15,587 nt of DNA. Source: a bacterium. GTDB lineage: Bacteria; Krumholzibacteriota; Krumholzibacteriia; G020349025. The notes beneath the pieces are model-generated. The model made no database searches. It saw only the letters and a program-made list of their open reading frames with translations, and was not told the origin of the DNA. Positions 7,310 to 15,587 of the stretch are shown here, one piece after another; the stretch's first letter is position 1, and each line of letters begins with the position of its first letter. The translations under genes were made by a program, and so were the position numbers. The DNA lies in the NCBI GenBank assembly GCA_031362565.1, contig JANLSU010000114.1, positions 1-15,587 of the forward strand, in the 5' to 3' direction.

Positions 7310-9040
7310 TCACGGCGCGCCGAGGCGAAACACCGTGATCCCAAGCTGCCGACTCGTTGCGGAATCCAGGTGCGCCTCGAACGCGCTCACCTGCTTGAAA
7401 GAATCGAGGCGATCTTGGCCGGTGATGACGTGCGTTAGATGGTCGTCGCGCATGCGGCCGGCGAGGTCGTCGTGGACGATGGCGCGGGCGACGTCGTGAT
7501 TCATGACGCCGTCCAGGTTGGCGATTGGAAACGGATGGACCCGGTAGCTGAGCTGGCCGGAGTCGAATGAGCCGGCGCGGAAGGCGCCGGATGCGGCGGC
7601 GGTTTCGAATCGCTGACGAAGTGCGTCGCCGTCCGCGATGAGGTGCGGAGACACGCCGGCTGCGGTCGTGCCCCGCACGAGATAGCGGTGTACGAGAAGC
7701 GCCGACTGGGTCACGAGAAGGCAGAGGAGGATTGCGGTCAACGCGGGGCGGCCGCGCAGGAGTGTTGCAAGCGCTGGCACAGTCAGCACCAAGATCGCCG
7801 CGAGGGCTGGGGCCGTGGTGTACCACAGTTGAAAAGAACCGACACCGCCGGACATGACCGCCGCTAGGATCAAGGTCCAACCGAACAGGAAACAATGGGT
7901 TTTCCACGTGGAGGAGGCGACGGCGCGCAATGTCACGGCGCCGAGGAGAAATGCGCTCGCCCCCAAGAGGAGTTCGATGCCGCTCGAGCGCGTGGCGTCG
8001 ATGTACCACGGATCGTTGGCGCGGATGGCCAATGCGGCGATGCAGAGCGCGACCAGTGCGGCCGATGCGAAACGACTCCCAAGTTTGCGCCAACGCCGGG
8101 TTGGAATCGCATACCCGCATAGAAAGAACGTCAACGGCAGAAGACCCCAGGTCCATCCCAGCCGGTAGAGCCAGAAGGCGATGTTCTTCGCGAACAGCGC
8201 GGCCCAGCCCGGCGTTCCGAACGCCCCATTCTGGCGCGCAAACCGCGTCGCCAGCGCCGCAGCACTGTCCTGCTGAATGGTGCCGAACCGCCAGAAATTG
8301 AGCGCAACCCATGGGGCGACGATCAGTGCGGCGATGCCGGTGCACACAACGACATCGCGAACGACGTGGCGCCATGGCTCGCTCCGCACGCGGAGCACGA
8401 AAGCCGATCCGACGTACAGCACTGCGAAGAGAACGGCATCCGTACGCCCGAGCATTGCAAGACCCAGTAGCACACCGTCGAGCCACCATCCGCCGCGCGG
8501 CCCCGGTGCGCCTAACCCAAGCCCACCCCGTGCATCGAAGCGCGCCATCCAGCGCAAAGCCGCCAACAGCAGCAGAACCGACGAAAGGCTGTTTTCCACT
8601 CCGGCCAGCCCATGCGCGAGCCAGCCCGGACTCACCGCCAGTGCGACAGCCGTCGCAAACCCGGCCATTCCAACAAGCCGCGGCCGCAACGATTTCACGA
8701 CCAGAACAAGTGCCAGCGCGTTGAGGGCCAGATTCAATCCGAACACGGCCGGGACGACATGTCGTGGATCGGTCCCGATCACCTTCTGCAAAAGGAGGAG
8801 CAGCGCGAAGTAGATGGGATGAAAGCCATTCGTAGCGTGGATCCCATCCATGGACGGCCAGGATGCCGTCTCCAGGGTCCGGCGCGCGGCCTCGAGGTAG
8901 TAGCAGGCGTCGTCGGCCATCAACGACAGTTGCACGTCCGGCCCAGCAAGCAGGAGCGGCAGGCGTGCGGCCAGAGCCACCGCCACCACAACCATGACGA
9001 TTCGGCCGGACGAAGCCTGGTTCGCGGACGGAATTTCCAT
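7310..9040 (-). CDS. Multi-pass membrane glycosyltransferase, GT-C fold (ArnT/PMT-like)
   Basis: First-loop acidic motif DDACYY followed by DG..ATNGFHP; also G(V)ENSL, LGRTDAVL and a C-terminal GxxxY…NLDGVMN. More than 10 hydrophobic helices. ATG 9040 preceded by GAGAGG; the exact start is uncertain. Confidence 0.75.
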   Translation of the reverse strand: MEIPSANQASSGRIVMVVVAVALAARLPLLLAGPDVQLSLMADDACYYLEAARRTLETASWPSMDGIHATNGFHPIYFALLLLLQKVIGTDPRHVVPAVFGLNLALNALALVLVVKSLRPRLVGMAGFATAVALAVSPGWLAHGLAGVENSLSSVLLLLAALRWMARFDARGGLGLGAPGPRGGWWLDGVLLGLAMLGRTDAVLFAVLYVGSAFVLRVRSEPWRHVVRDVVVCTGIAALIVAPWVALNFWRFGTIQQDSAAALATRFARQNGAFGTPGWAALFAKNIAFWLYRLGWTWGLLPLTFFLCGYAIPTRRWRKLGSRFASAALVALCIAALAIRANDPWYIDATRSSGIELLLGASAFLLGAVTLRAVASSTWKTHCFLFGWTLILAAVMSGGVGSFQLWYTTAPALAAILVLTVPALATLLRGRPALTAILLCLLVTQSALLVHRYLVRGTTAAGVSPHLIADGDALRQRFETAAASGAFRAGSFDSGQLSYRVHPFPIANLDGVMNHDVARAIVHDDLAGRMRDDHLTHVITGQDRLDSFKQVSAFEAHLDSATSRQLGITVFRLGAP

Positions 9041-9092
9041 GCCTCTCGCCCCGCGCGTTCGGAAAATCACTGCGAATTGCTGCGCGCGGGCT

Positions 9093-9120
9093 ACCGTAGC
9101 AGAATCAACCCCGGTGGCAA
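9093..9120 (-). promoter_or_regulatory. Possible internal promoter for the glycosyltransferase gene
   Basis: - strand TTGCCA (9120-9115), 16-bp spacer ending TGC, TACGGT (9098-9093). Confidence 0.3.
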
Positions 9121-9137
9121 GTCCCTCGGTGCACGGG

Positions 9138-10436
9138 TTAGTGTTCTCCGACGACGCTTTTCACCCATTGAACGACCAACGCCGGGTAGTCGGGTGGCAA
9201 GCGTGGAAGGCCGGAAGGCGGAAACTCGAGCAGTTCATGCCCTACGCCGGCAAGCACGCGCACGTCGAAGGGCGGTGCACCTGCGGGACGCGCCGATTGC
9301 CGAAAGGCCTGCGCCGTCAGTTCGGTGGGAGTCGAGCGATCCTCGGCGGCAAGGACGGCAAGGAGTGGGCAACGCAATCGCGCCAAGTCGGGCGCGGGTT
9401 CGTAGCTCGAAAGGCGTTCCCAACTCGCGTGCGCTTGCTCAACAGATGCGTAGGGACGCTTCAAGTCGAGCCACCGCGTGCCGCGCATCGACTCGCCGAC
9501 TTGCTGGTAACGCTCCCACGAACTGTCGCCGCGCGCCACCGCGTAGTGCAACTCGACCCAACTCAATGCACTGTCGACGCTCGCGGGGCCCGCCCCAGCG
9601 GCACCCATCTCGGCCGCGATTCGATGCAGTTCTTGGCGCCACGGCGCGACGCCGCCGCCGACTTGCGCCACGATGAATTGCACGTCGGGGGCCTCGGCCG
9701 CCGCCATTTCCGCCAGCCAGCACCCTTGGCTCCGTGCGTCGAAGCCGCAGGCATCGCCCCGCACCTCGTGGCGGCTGCCAAGCCAACGCAATACGGCGAG
9801 CCCGTCGCCCGCCAGGTCGCGCATGCCAACCCGGCGGTAGTCACCGGTCGATGCACCGATACCGCGTTTGTCGTAGACGAGGACGGCGATTCCGCCACGC
9901 AAGTAGGCGTCGACGCGGGCCCGATCGCCGAGTCCGAGGCGCGGCGTGGCGCCTGAACCGTGCAGGAATACGACCGCCGGAAACGGGCCGCCACCCGCCG
10001 GAAGGAACAGCGTACCGGCGAGCGTGACTTGGCCGTTCGGAATCTTCACTTCTTCCCGGCGCCATGCGGCCGGCTCGGCCGGAGTGCGAGCGAGTTCGAA
10101 CGGATAGTCGAGAGGGCCCATGCGCATCCGGCCGGCGATCCGGTCGCCCTCTTGCATGCCCGCAAGGATTACGTCACCCAGGTCGGTGGCCAAAACCAGC
10201 TCGACACTGTCGCCATGCGCCGCAGCACGCGACAACGGCTCGCCCGCGAGTCCGCCGCTTTCCAGATCCAGCGTCCCGCTCCACGTTCCAGCGTGGTCGT
10301 CGAGTGATACAGCGATCGCGCGCCGATCGTCGGCGGGGCCACAGCTTCCGCTCCAGTGCCCCGCCGGGCCCGCGGCGCTCTGCGTCGCCCAGACTCCCGC
10401 TCCGAGGGCACAAAGCCCGACCCTCGACCACCGCAT
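9138..10436 (-). CDS. Secreted alpha/beta-fold serine hydrolase (S9/S15-like peptidase or esterase) with small N-terminal beta domain
   Basis: LAGTLFLP…PAVVFLHGSG, YDKRGIGASTG, nucleophile region ARSQG, Asp in AAEDRST and His in GVGHEL. ATG 10436 with AAGGGGG RBS and a signal-peptide-like N-terminus. Confidence 0.88.
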   Translation of the reverse strand: MRWSRVGLCALGAGVWATQSAAGPAGHWSGSCGPADDRRAIAVSLDDHAGTWSGTLDLESGGLAGEPLSRAAAHGDSVELVLATDLGDVILAGMQEGDRIAGRMRMGPLDYPFELARTPAEPAAWRREEVKIPNGQVTLAGTLFLPAGGGPFPAVVFLHGSGATPRLGLGDRARVDAYLRGGIAVLVYDKRGIGASTGDYRRVGMRDLAGDGLAVLRWLGSRHEVRGDACGFDARSQGCWLAEMAAAEAPDVQFIVAQVGGGVAPWRQELHRIAAEMGAAGAGPASVDSALSWVELHYAVARGDSSWERYQQVGESMRGTRWLDLKRPYASVEQAHASWERLSSYEPAPDLARLRCPLLAVLAAEDRSTPTELTAQAFRQSARPAGAPPFDVRVLAGVGHELLEFPPSGLPRLPPDYPALVVQWVKSVVGEH

Positions 10437-10508
10437 TCCGTCCCCCTTGCGCACGCGTCACCAAGTGTTGGACGCCGGAGGCCCGCAAAGGGTTGGCGAT
10501 CAAGATCG

Positions 10509-12566
10509 TCAGTCCGTGACCACGACGCGCACCGTATCGCTCCGAGTGCCCTGCCGCAAGCGCACCATGTACACGCCGCTCCGCAGTTCAGTCGTTGCGC
10601 CGACGCTCAGCACGTGCTGGCCCGCAACCGGTGCCGGCACCGCAACTCGCGCCACGCGCCGTCCCGCCACGTTGAAGAATTGCAGTTCCGCCGGCTGCCG
10701 CGACGCCAAGTTGAACTGGAAGTGCGCCGGCCTGCGTCCCGGGTTGGGCCACACGCCCGCAAAGCCGAACCGGGCGACGAGCGGTACTTCGATCCAAGTC
10801 TCGCCACCGAATCGAGATCCCGCCGCGCCGCCCAGGTCCAATCGATAGCCGTAGCGTTCTCCGGGGTGAACATCGGTGTCCATGAGGCCGGCACGGCCGT
10901 CGTGGCCGACCAGGACCCGTTCGTGATTCGACCACATTGCATCGGCCCCGGCGCGTTGCACGATGACGTCGCGCCCCGCCCAGCCGGGAAGCGACCATTC
11001 GATGGCATTGCCCGCTGCCGAGGCGGTTGCATACACGAGCGACCCGATGACCGGCGTCGTCGAGTTCTCGATGATTTGAATGTGGCTCTGTGAAGCAATG
11101 CCGGCGCGCACATTGCGGAGGCCGCTCGGCCAGTCGACGATGATGCTGTCGGCGACCGCAGCATCCGCAAGACCAAAGTGCACGTCGAGCGCGTTCATGC
11201 CATTGAAGCTGTTCTGCGCGCTTACTTCGCGCATCTGCCAGCGCGGCTGGCCGCCGATGGTCGCGAGCACCCGGACGCGGGCCCCGATGGCGGCGCGATT
11301 GCTGACCGTGCCGACCAGGTGAATCACGAGCCAGCCGTTGCCGTTGGCGGTAGTGTTGTGGAAGAGCCCGAACGACACCGGCCCTCCCGTCACGAACATG
11401 TCCATGCGGCCGTCACCGTCGTAGTCGCCACTCGTGGCGCCATAGTGCGCCCCGCCGTTCGTGAATCCCGGCAGATCGAGCGACGTGAAGCTGCCGTTGC
11501 CTTCGTTGCGATAGAAGCGCGTCGGCGCCGCCCCGTCGTTGGTTACGACGCAATCCAGGTCGCCGTCGTTGTCGAAATCCTGCCATACCGACGCCAGCGA
11601 TAGATTGGCGTCCTGCACGATCGGCCCGGCCTGGGCAGGCGTCTGCGCCACGAAGGTCCCGCCGTTGTTGCGATACAGCCGGTTCGCCATGCCATTCGTC
11701 GTACCGGCGTAGTTCGTCAGGTAAACATCGAGATCGCCATCATTGTCATAGTCGATCCAGTTGTAGACCTGGCCATCTTGCAAATCGGTCCCCAATGGCG
11801 CCGTGTTGATGCGCTGGAACCAGTGCGCCGCGGCCTCGTTGCGATTGCGATAGAGAAAATCGCGCGCTACGGCGCCCGCTGGGCCGGAACCAATGAAAAG
11901 ATCGATATCGCCATCCTGATCGTAGTCGGACCAGGTGGGAATGGTGTACGGCGCCAGACCTTGCGCGACGATCGAAGTATCGACGCGCGCAAAGGTGCCG
12001 TCGCCGTTGTTGTGCCACAGCCGGTTGGGATTCGCGATACCGTTGAAGCCGTTGGCGGCGGCCGTCACGAGATCGACGTGCCCATCGCGATCGTAGTCGC
12101 CAAAGGCGCAGCCCCACGCCTTGTCGGCGAGTCCGTTGCCGATAGCACCGGTCGTGACTTGCGAAAACGTGAAATTCCCCTGGTTCAGATAGAGAAAGGA
12201 GCCGAGTGGATCGCCACCCGACAGGAACACATCGAGATCGCCATCATTGTCGACATCGGCCCAGGTGTTGCCGAGCGATGACGTGTGATTAGTAAACGGC
12301 ACGGTGAAGCGCGTGAAACTGCCGCCGCCGTTGTTGCGAAAGATGCCGGCATTGCCGTTGATGAATAGGTCGACGTCGCCGTCCGAATCCGCATCCACCC
12401 AGCTCGCGCCGCCGTATTGGTTGACGCGAACGCCGAATTGCACGATGGGATTCGCCCCATCGGTGATCTTGGTGAAGGTCTGGGCGCCCGCGGGGCCCGT
12501 CCCGAGGCTGAGGCAGAGGCCCAGGCCGAGAACGAGCCCCCGGGCCCACGCCGGTTGGATGCGCAT
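10509..12566 (-). CDS. CRTAC1-like FG-GAP repeat / ASPIC-UnbV protein with Fn3-like linker and T9SS/FlgD-like C-terminal domain
   Basis: GAAGGAG RBS and signal peptide ending PAGA|Q. Seven DxDxDGxxD repeats. ASPIC/UnbV signature (WLVIHLVG..SNRAAIGARV…VHFGL…IIVDWPSG). C-terminal WPNP…FNVAGRRV…SGVYMVRL…RVVV. Confidence 0.92.
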   Translation of the reverse strand: MRIQPAWARGLVLGLGLCLSLGTGPAGAQTFTKITDGANPIVQFGVRVNQYGGASWVDADSDGDVDLFINGNAGIFRNNGGGSFTRFTVPFTNHTSSLGNTWADVDNDGDLDVFLSGGDPLGSFLYLNQGNFTFSQVTTGAIGNGLADKAWGCAFGDYDRDGHVDLVTAAANGFNGIANPNRLWHNNGDGTFARVDTSIVAQGLAPYTIPTWSDYDQDGDIDLFIGSGPAGAVARDFLYRNRNEAAAHWFQRINTAPLGTDLQDGQVYNWIDYDNDGDLDVYLTNYAGTTNGMANRLYRNNGGTFVAQTPAQAGPIVQDANLSLASVWQDFDNDGDLDCVVTNDGAAPTRFYRNEGNGSFTSLDLPGFTNGGAHYGATSGDYDGDGRMDMFVTGGPVSFGLFHNTTANGNGWLVIHLVGTVSNRAAIGARVRVLATIGGQPRWQMREVSAQNSFNGMNALDVHFGLADAAVADSIIVDWPSGLRNVRAGIASQSHIQIIENSTTPVIGSLVYATASAAGNAIEWSLPGWAGRDVIVQRAGADAMWSNHERVLVGHDGRAGLMDTDVHPGERYGYRLDLGGAAGSRFGGETWIEVPLVARFGFAGVWPNPGRRPAHFQFNLASRQPAELQFFNVAGRRVARVAVPAPVAGQHVLSVGATTELRSGVYMVRLRQGTRSDTVRVVVTD

Positions 12567-12716
12567 GACGGTCTCCTTCGGGTCGATCCGTTTCGAGTTC
12601 GACGGCGGTGTCGCTCGAAGACCCTCTAGGTGATCGTCGTCTGAGACTGGACAAGCTGCGATGGGAAAGGGATGAACTGACGCGTGGGCGGGGTGAGCGG
12701 GCGGATTTGAGGGGCT

Positions 12717-13616
12717 TCAAGGGTCCGCTGGGTCCCCATGCGGCGTGTGGTGGGCTCGCGCCTTCTCGGCCGCCACGAGCCGGGGCGGTCCGAGTTCCTC
12801 GATGCGATAGCCGCCGCTGTGCGTGCGGTTCTTGGCGTCGGTGAAGAAATGGGCCCGGCGGCGCGGCGGCAGCCGGCGCACGAAACGGCCGCGCGCCCGC
12901 AGCGTCGCCCCGAGCATGGCGCGGGTGAGCGGCAACGGCTTCGGAAAGCCGAACGACTCGATCATGCGTTCCTCGAGCATGGCGTAGATGCCATAACGCA
13001 CCACCGGACTCACGACGCGCGGCACCCAGGACGCAAAGAGATCGCGCGTCGCTGTGCCGATCCGCTGGTTCGTGTCGGCGAAACGGAATTGGTCGCGCTC
13101 ATAGGCCAGTGACCAGGCCGCGAATGCTTCGTAGGACGGCGGGATCACCTTGATCCCCATGCGGACGCCGATCTCGCGCCAGAAGCAGTAATAGGCGCGC
13201 TGCTCGTTCGGGCACGTCGGCCGCCAGCCGAAGCGATCGATCCAGCGAATGGGCTCGTAGATGAACGTCGAGAGCACATACAGGAAGTCGTCGTTGGAGA
13301 TCTTGTAGTGGCCGTGGGCCCAGTTCATGCGCTCGAGGGCGGCTTTGCCGCGGCCGGTTTCATAACCCCACTCGTACATTTCCGCGACCAGGATCGAGGT
13401 GTCGTCATAGCGGCGCTGAGTGTGCTTGTAGAACTCGCCCGTCCGGTCGAGCAGCTTCGAAATGCTGGGAACGCAATACGTCCGGTACAAGGCGATCTCG
13501 AGCGCCCGGATCGAATCCCACGGGAACTCGTGTCCGAACGACAGGTGCACGATGCGCTGATGGTCGGCTTCGGGATCGAGCCGTTCGATCTCGTGCAGGA
13601 TGTCGAAGCGTCCCAT
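12717..13616 (-). CDS. Oxygenase MpaB family (DUF2236 / Lcp-like) protein
   Basis: ALYRTYCVPSISKLLDRTGEF…RRYDDT, RMNWAHGHYKISNDDFLYVLSTF and FWREIGVRMGIK match my recollection of the MpaB/DUF2236 family. GGGGAG RBS upstream of ATG 13616. Confidence 0.85.
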   Translation of the reverse strand: MGRFDILHEIERLDPEADHQRIVHLSFGHEFPWDSIRALEIALYRTYCVPSISKLLDRTGEFYKHTQRRYDDTSILVAEMYEWGYETGRGKAALERMNWAHGHYKISNDDFLYVLSTFIYEPIRWIDRFGWRPTCPNEQRAYYCFWREIGVRMGIKVIPPSYEAFAAWSLAYERDQFRFADTNQRIGTATRDLFASWVPRVVSPVVRYGIYAMLEERMIESFGFPKPLPLTRAMLGATLRARGRFVRRLPPRRRAHFFTDAKNRTHSGGYRIEELGPPRLVAAEKARAHHTPHGDPADP

Positions 13617-13679
13617 GGCGCGCGTTCTCCCCCCGGCGAGCGACTCGTCGATCCACTACGAAGGTCACACGGGTGCCGG

Positions 13680-13688
13680 ATTGTACCA
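13680..13688 (-). promoter_or_regulatory. Extended -10 promoter element for the MpaB-like gene
   Basis: - strand TG-G-TACAAT about 65 bp upstream of the ATG. No good -35; a 12-bp palindrome CTCGCGCGCGAG (13695-13706) lies just upstream. Confidence 0.45.
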
Positions 13689-14101
13689 AAGCGGCTCGCG
13701 CGCGAGGATGTTACAGTTCCCTGGTACCGCCGGACACGAGTCGGTGATTGCTGACACTTGCGATTTTCATCCGAACCTGAATCGGGACGGAGTACGCCTC
13801 CAGGACATTGAGCATCCTTCGACGGGATTCTACGCTGGGCGTGCCGCGGCACGAGCCAGCGACGACCGTGGGCGTGCTTCCCAAAGGGCGTTCGGGCTCC
13901 GGTGAGGAGACACCGCGTAACTAAAGGCCGAAGGTCCGCGCAAATTCCGGCGTGGATGCCGCAATCAAATAGGTGGCGACCGGGGGCTTCACGGCTCGGG
14001 AGACGATCGACGGTGCCACGGCGCGGCGCAAGGCGGGCTCGACGGCGAATTGGGCTTGGGGCGACGATAAACGCAACGTCGGGCGTCGGCGTGCACGCTA
14101 G

Positions 14102-15587
14102 GAGCCTGTCCGAGTAATCCCCGATTTCAGGGTAGACAGACCGGCTGAATTGCGGTTTTTATGCAGCATGTCGAAAACCTTCCGCCCCTGGAACATCGAG
14201 CAGGTCATGCTGCTCCCACCCTCGGTCCGAGACTTCGTGCCCGAGGGACACCTGTCGCACTTTGTCCGGGACACGGTCTGCGAGTCGTTGGACTTGTCGG
14301 CGATCCTGGACGCCTACACCGAGGAGCGGGGCTATCCGCCTTACCACCCGGTGATGATGACGGCACTTCTGCTGTACGCGTACTGCCAAGGGATCTACTC
14401 GTCGCGTCGGATCATGAAGGGCTGCCAAGAGCGATTGGACTTCATGGCGGTGACGGCGATGCAGAAGCCGGACTTTCGGACGATCAGCGAGTTTCGCCGG
14501 CAGCACCTGAAGGCCTTGAGCGGCCTTTTCGTGCAGGTGCTGCGCCTGTGTCAGAAGGCGGGCATGGTGAGCCTGGGCCACGTGTCGCTCGACGGGACCA
14601 AATTGAAGGCGAATGCGTCGAAGAACAAGGCCATGAGCTACGGCCGGATGAAGCTCCGGGAGCCGGAGCTTGCAGCCGAGGTGAAGAAGTGGCTCGAATC
14701 GGCGGAGGCCACGGATCAACGCGAGGATGCAGAGCACGGGCCGGATCGTCGCGGCGACGAGATGCCGGACTGGGTCGTGAGCAAACAGGAGCGGCTGGCG
14801 AAGATCCGCGAAGCGAAACAGGCCCTGGAAGCGGAAGCCCAGGCCCACGCCCAAGCAGAGGCGCAGGCTGCTGCCGCGGAGAAGAAAAAGAAGGGTGGCA
14901 AGCCCGGCTCGCGTCCGCCACAACAACCGAGCGGAATCCCGAACGACAAGACGCAACGGAATTTCACGGATCCGGAGAGTCGGATCATGAAGACGCGCGA
15001 TGGATTCGTGCAGGGTTACAACGCGCAGATCGTGGTGGACAGCAAACACCAAGTGATCGTCGCGCAGGACGTGACGACGTCGCCAACCGACGTCCAGCAG
15101 CTCGAGCCGATGGTCGCGCAGATCAAGACCAACATGGGACGGCAGGCCGAGGAGTTTTCGGCGGACGCGGGCTACTGCTCGGAAGCAAACTTGAAGGTAC
15201 TCGATCGTCGACATATCAACGCGTACGTGGCAACGGGCCGCCAGAAGCACGGCCAGAAGTCCGCGACCGCAGGGAAGAATTGCAGTGGCGCTCGAACTCG
15301 AGCCATGCGAACAAAACTTCGGCGAGCGGGTCACCGCAGCCGGTATCGCCTGCGCAAACAGATCGTCGAACCGGTTTTCGGTCAGATCAAACAAGCGCGC
15401 GGCTTCCGACAATTCCTGCTGCGCGGACAGGACAACGTCCGCGGCGAGTGGAGCTTGATCGCCACGGTGCACAACCTGCTCAAGCTGGCCGCCGTGACCC
15501 GGCAACCCGCTCAAACCAGGGCGTGAGCTGCGTCGCAAGACGTTTCGTGACATCTCGCCACCGCGACAACCGCAAGCAGATCACCGA
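14102..15587 (+). mobile_element. IS1182-family insertion sequence; right end outside the window
   Basis: CTAG (14098-14101) is followed by candidate left IR GAGCCTGTCCGAGTAA and then the transposase. No matching right IR is seen before base 15587. Confidence 0.8.
14168..15526 (+). CDS. IS1182-family DDE transposase
   Basis: N-terminal DUF772-like region (LLPPS…PPYHP.MM..LL.Y.Y..GI.SSR…PDFRTI..FR). Catalytic motifs DGTK, ADAGY and VEPVFG.IK; TDPESR.MK and GYNAQ also present. Reading frame intact. Confidence 0.95.
   Translation: MSKTFRPWNIEQVMLLPPSVRDFVPEGHLSHFVRDTVCESLDLSAILDAYTEERGYPPYHPVMMTALLLYAYCQGIYSSRRIMKGCQERLDFMAVTAMQKPDFRTISEFRRQHLKALSGLFVQVLRLCQKAGMVSLGHVSLDGTKLKANASKNKAMSYGRMKLREPELAAEVKKWLESAEATDQREDAEHGPDRRGDEMPDWVVSKQERLAKIREAKQALEAEAQAHAQAEAQAAAAEKKKKGGKPGSRPPQQPSGIPNDKTQRNFTDPESRIMKTRDGFVQGYNAQIVVDSKHQVIVAQDVTTSPTDVQQLEPMVAQIKTNMGRQAEEFSADAGYCSEANLKVLDRRHINAYVATGRQKHGQKSATAGKNCSGARTRAMRTKLRRAGHRSRYRLRKQIVEPVFGQIKQARGFRQFLLRGQDNVRGEWSLIATVHNLLKLAAVTRQPAQTRA

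Noticed and set aside
7197..9956. Long alternative-frame ORFs (7197-8489 -, 8612-9676 +, 8994-9956 +)
   Set aside because: They overlap the glycosyltransferase and hydrolase genes, are mostly Arg/Pro-rich, and lack recognisable motifs.
11380..12410. Periodic GTCG..GTCG/ATCGCC-like repeats
   Set aside because: Explained by the seven DxDxDGxxD FG-GAP coding repeats.
13830..13970. Possible riboswitch, tRNA or integron attC site
   Set aside because: I could not match c-di-GMP or other riboswitch consensus elements, a cloverleaf, or paired RYYYAAC/GTTRRRY boxes, and no integron integrase is present.
14159..15553. 464-aa - strand ORF
   Set aside because: Antisense to the IS1182 transposase, with no recognisable domain.

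Overview
GC-rich bacterial window, probably from an FCB-related candidate lineage such as Ca. Eisenbacteria/Krumholzibacteriota (inferred from protein C-terminal tails, not from a search). From left to right on the + strand: an apparently 5'-truncated outer-membrane beta-barrel gene, a secreted beta-propeller ending in a short 'PV..WGxxKxxFR' tail, and a translationally coupled ECF sigma factor + membrane Ser/Thr kinase-TPR pair. A 59-aa CPXCG-type Cys-rich protein missing from the ORF track lies on the - strand, divergent from that pair. A run of six - strand genes follows (in transcription order): MpaB/DUF2236-like oxygenase, FG-GAP/ASPIC-UnbV protein with a T9SS/FlgD-like C-terminal domain, secreted alpha/beta hydrolase, GT-C-type membrane glycosyltransferase, small membrane protein and diheme cytochrome c lipoprotein. 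The window ends in an IS1182-family element whose right end appears to lie just outside. The most interesting leads are a candidate unnamed C-terminal sorting signal coexisting with a T9SS-like CTD, and the anti-sigma-less ECF/kinase module beside a Cys-rich mini-protein. All family calls come from motif recognition only.
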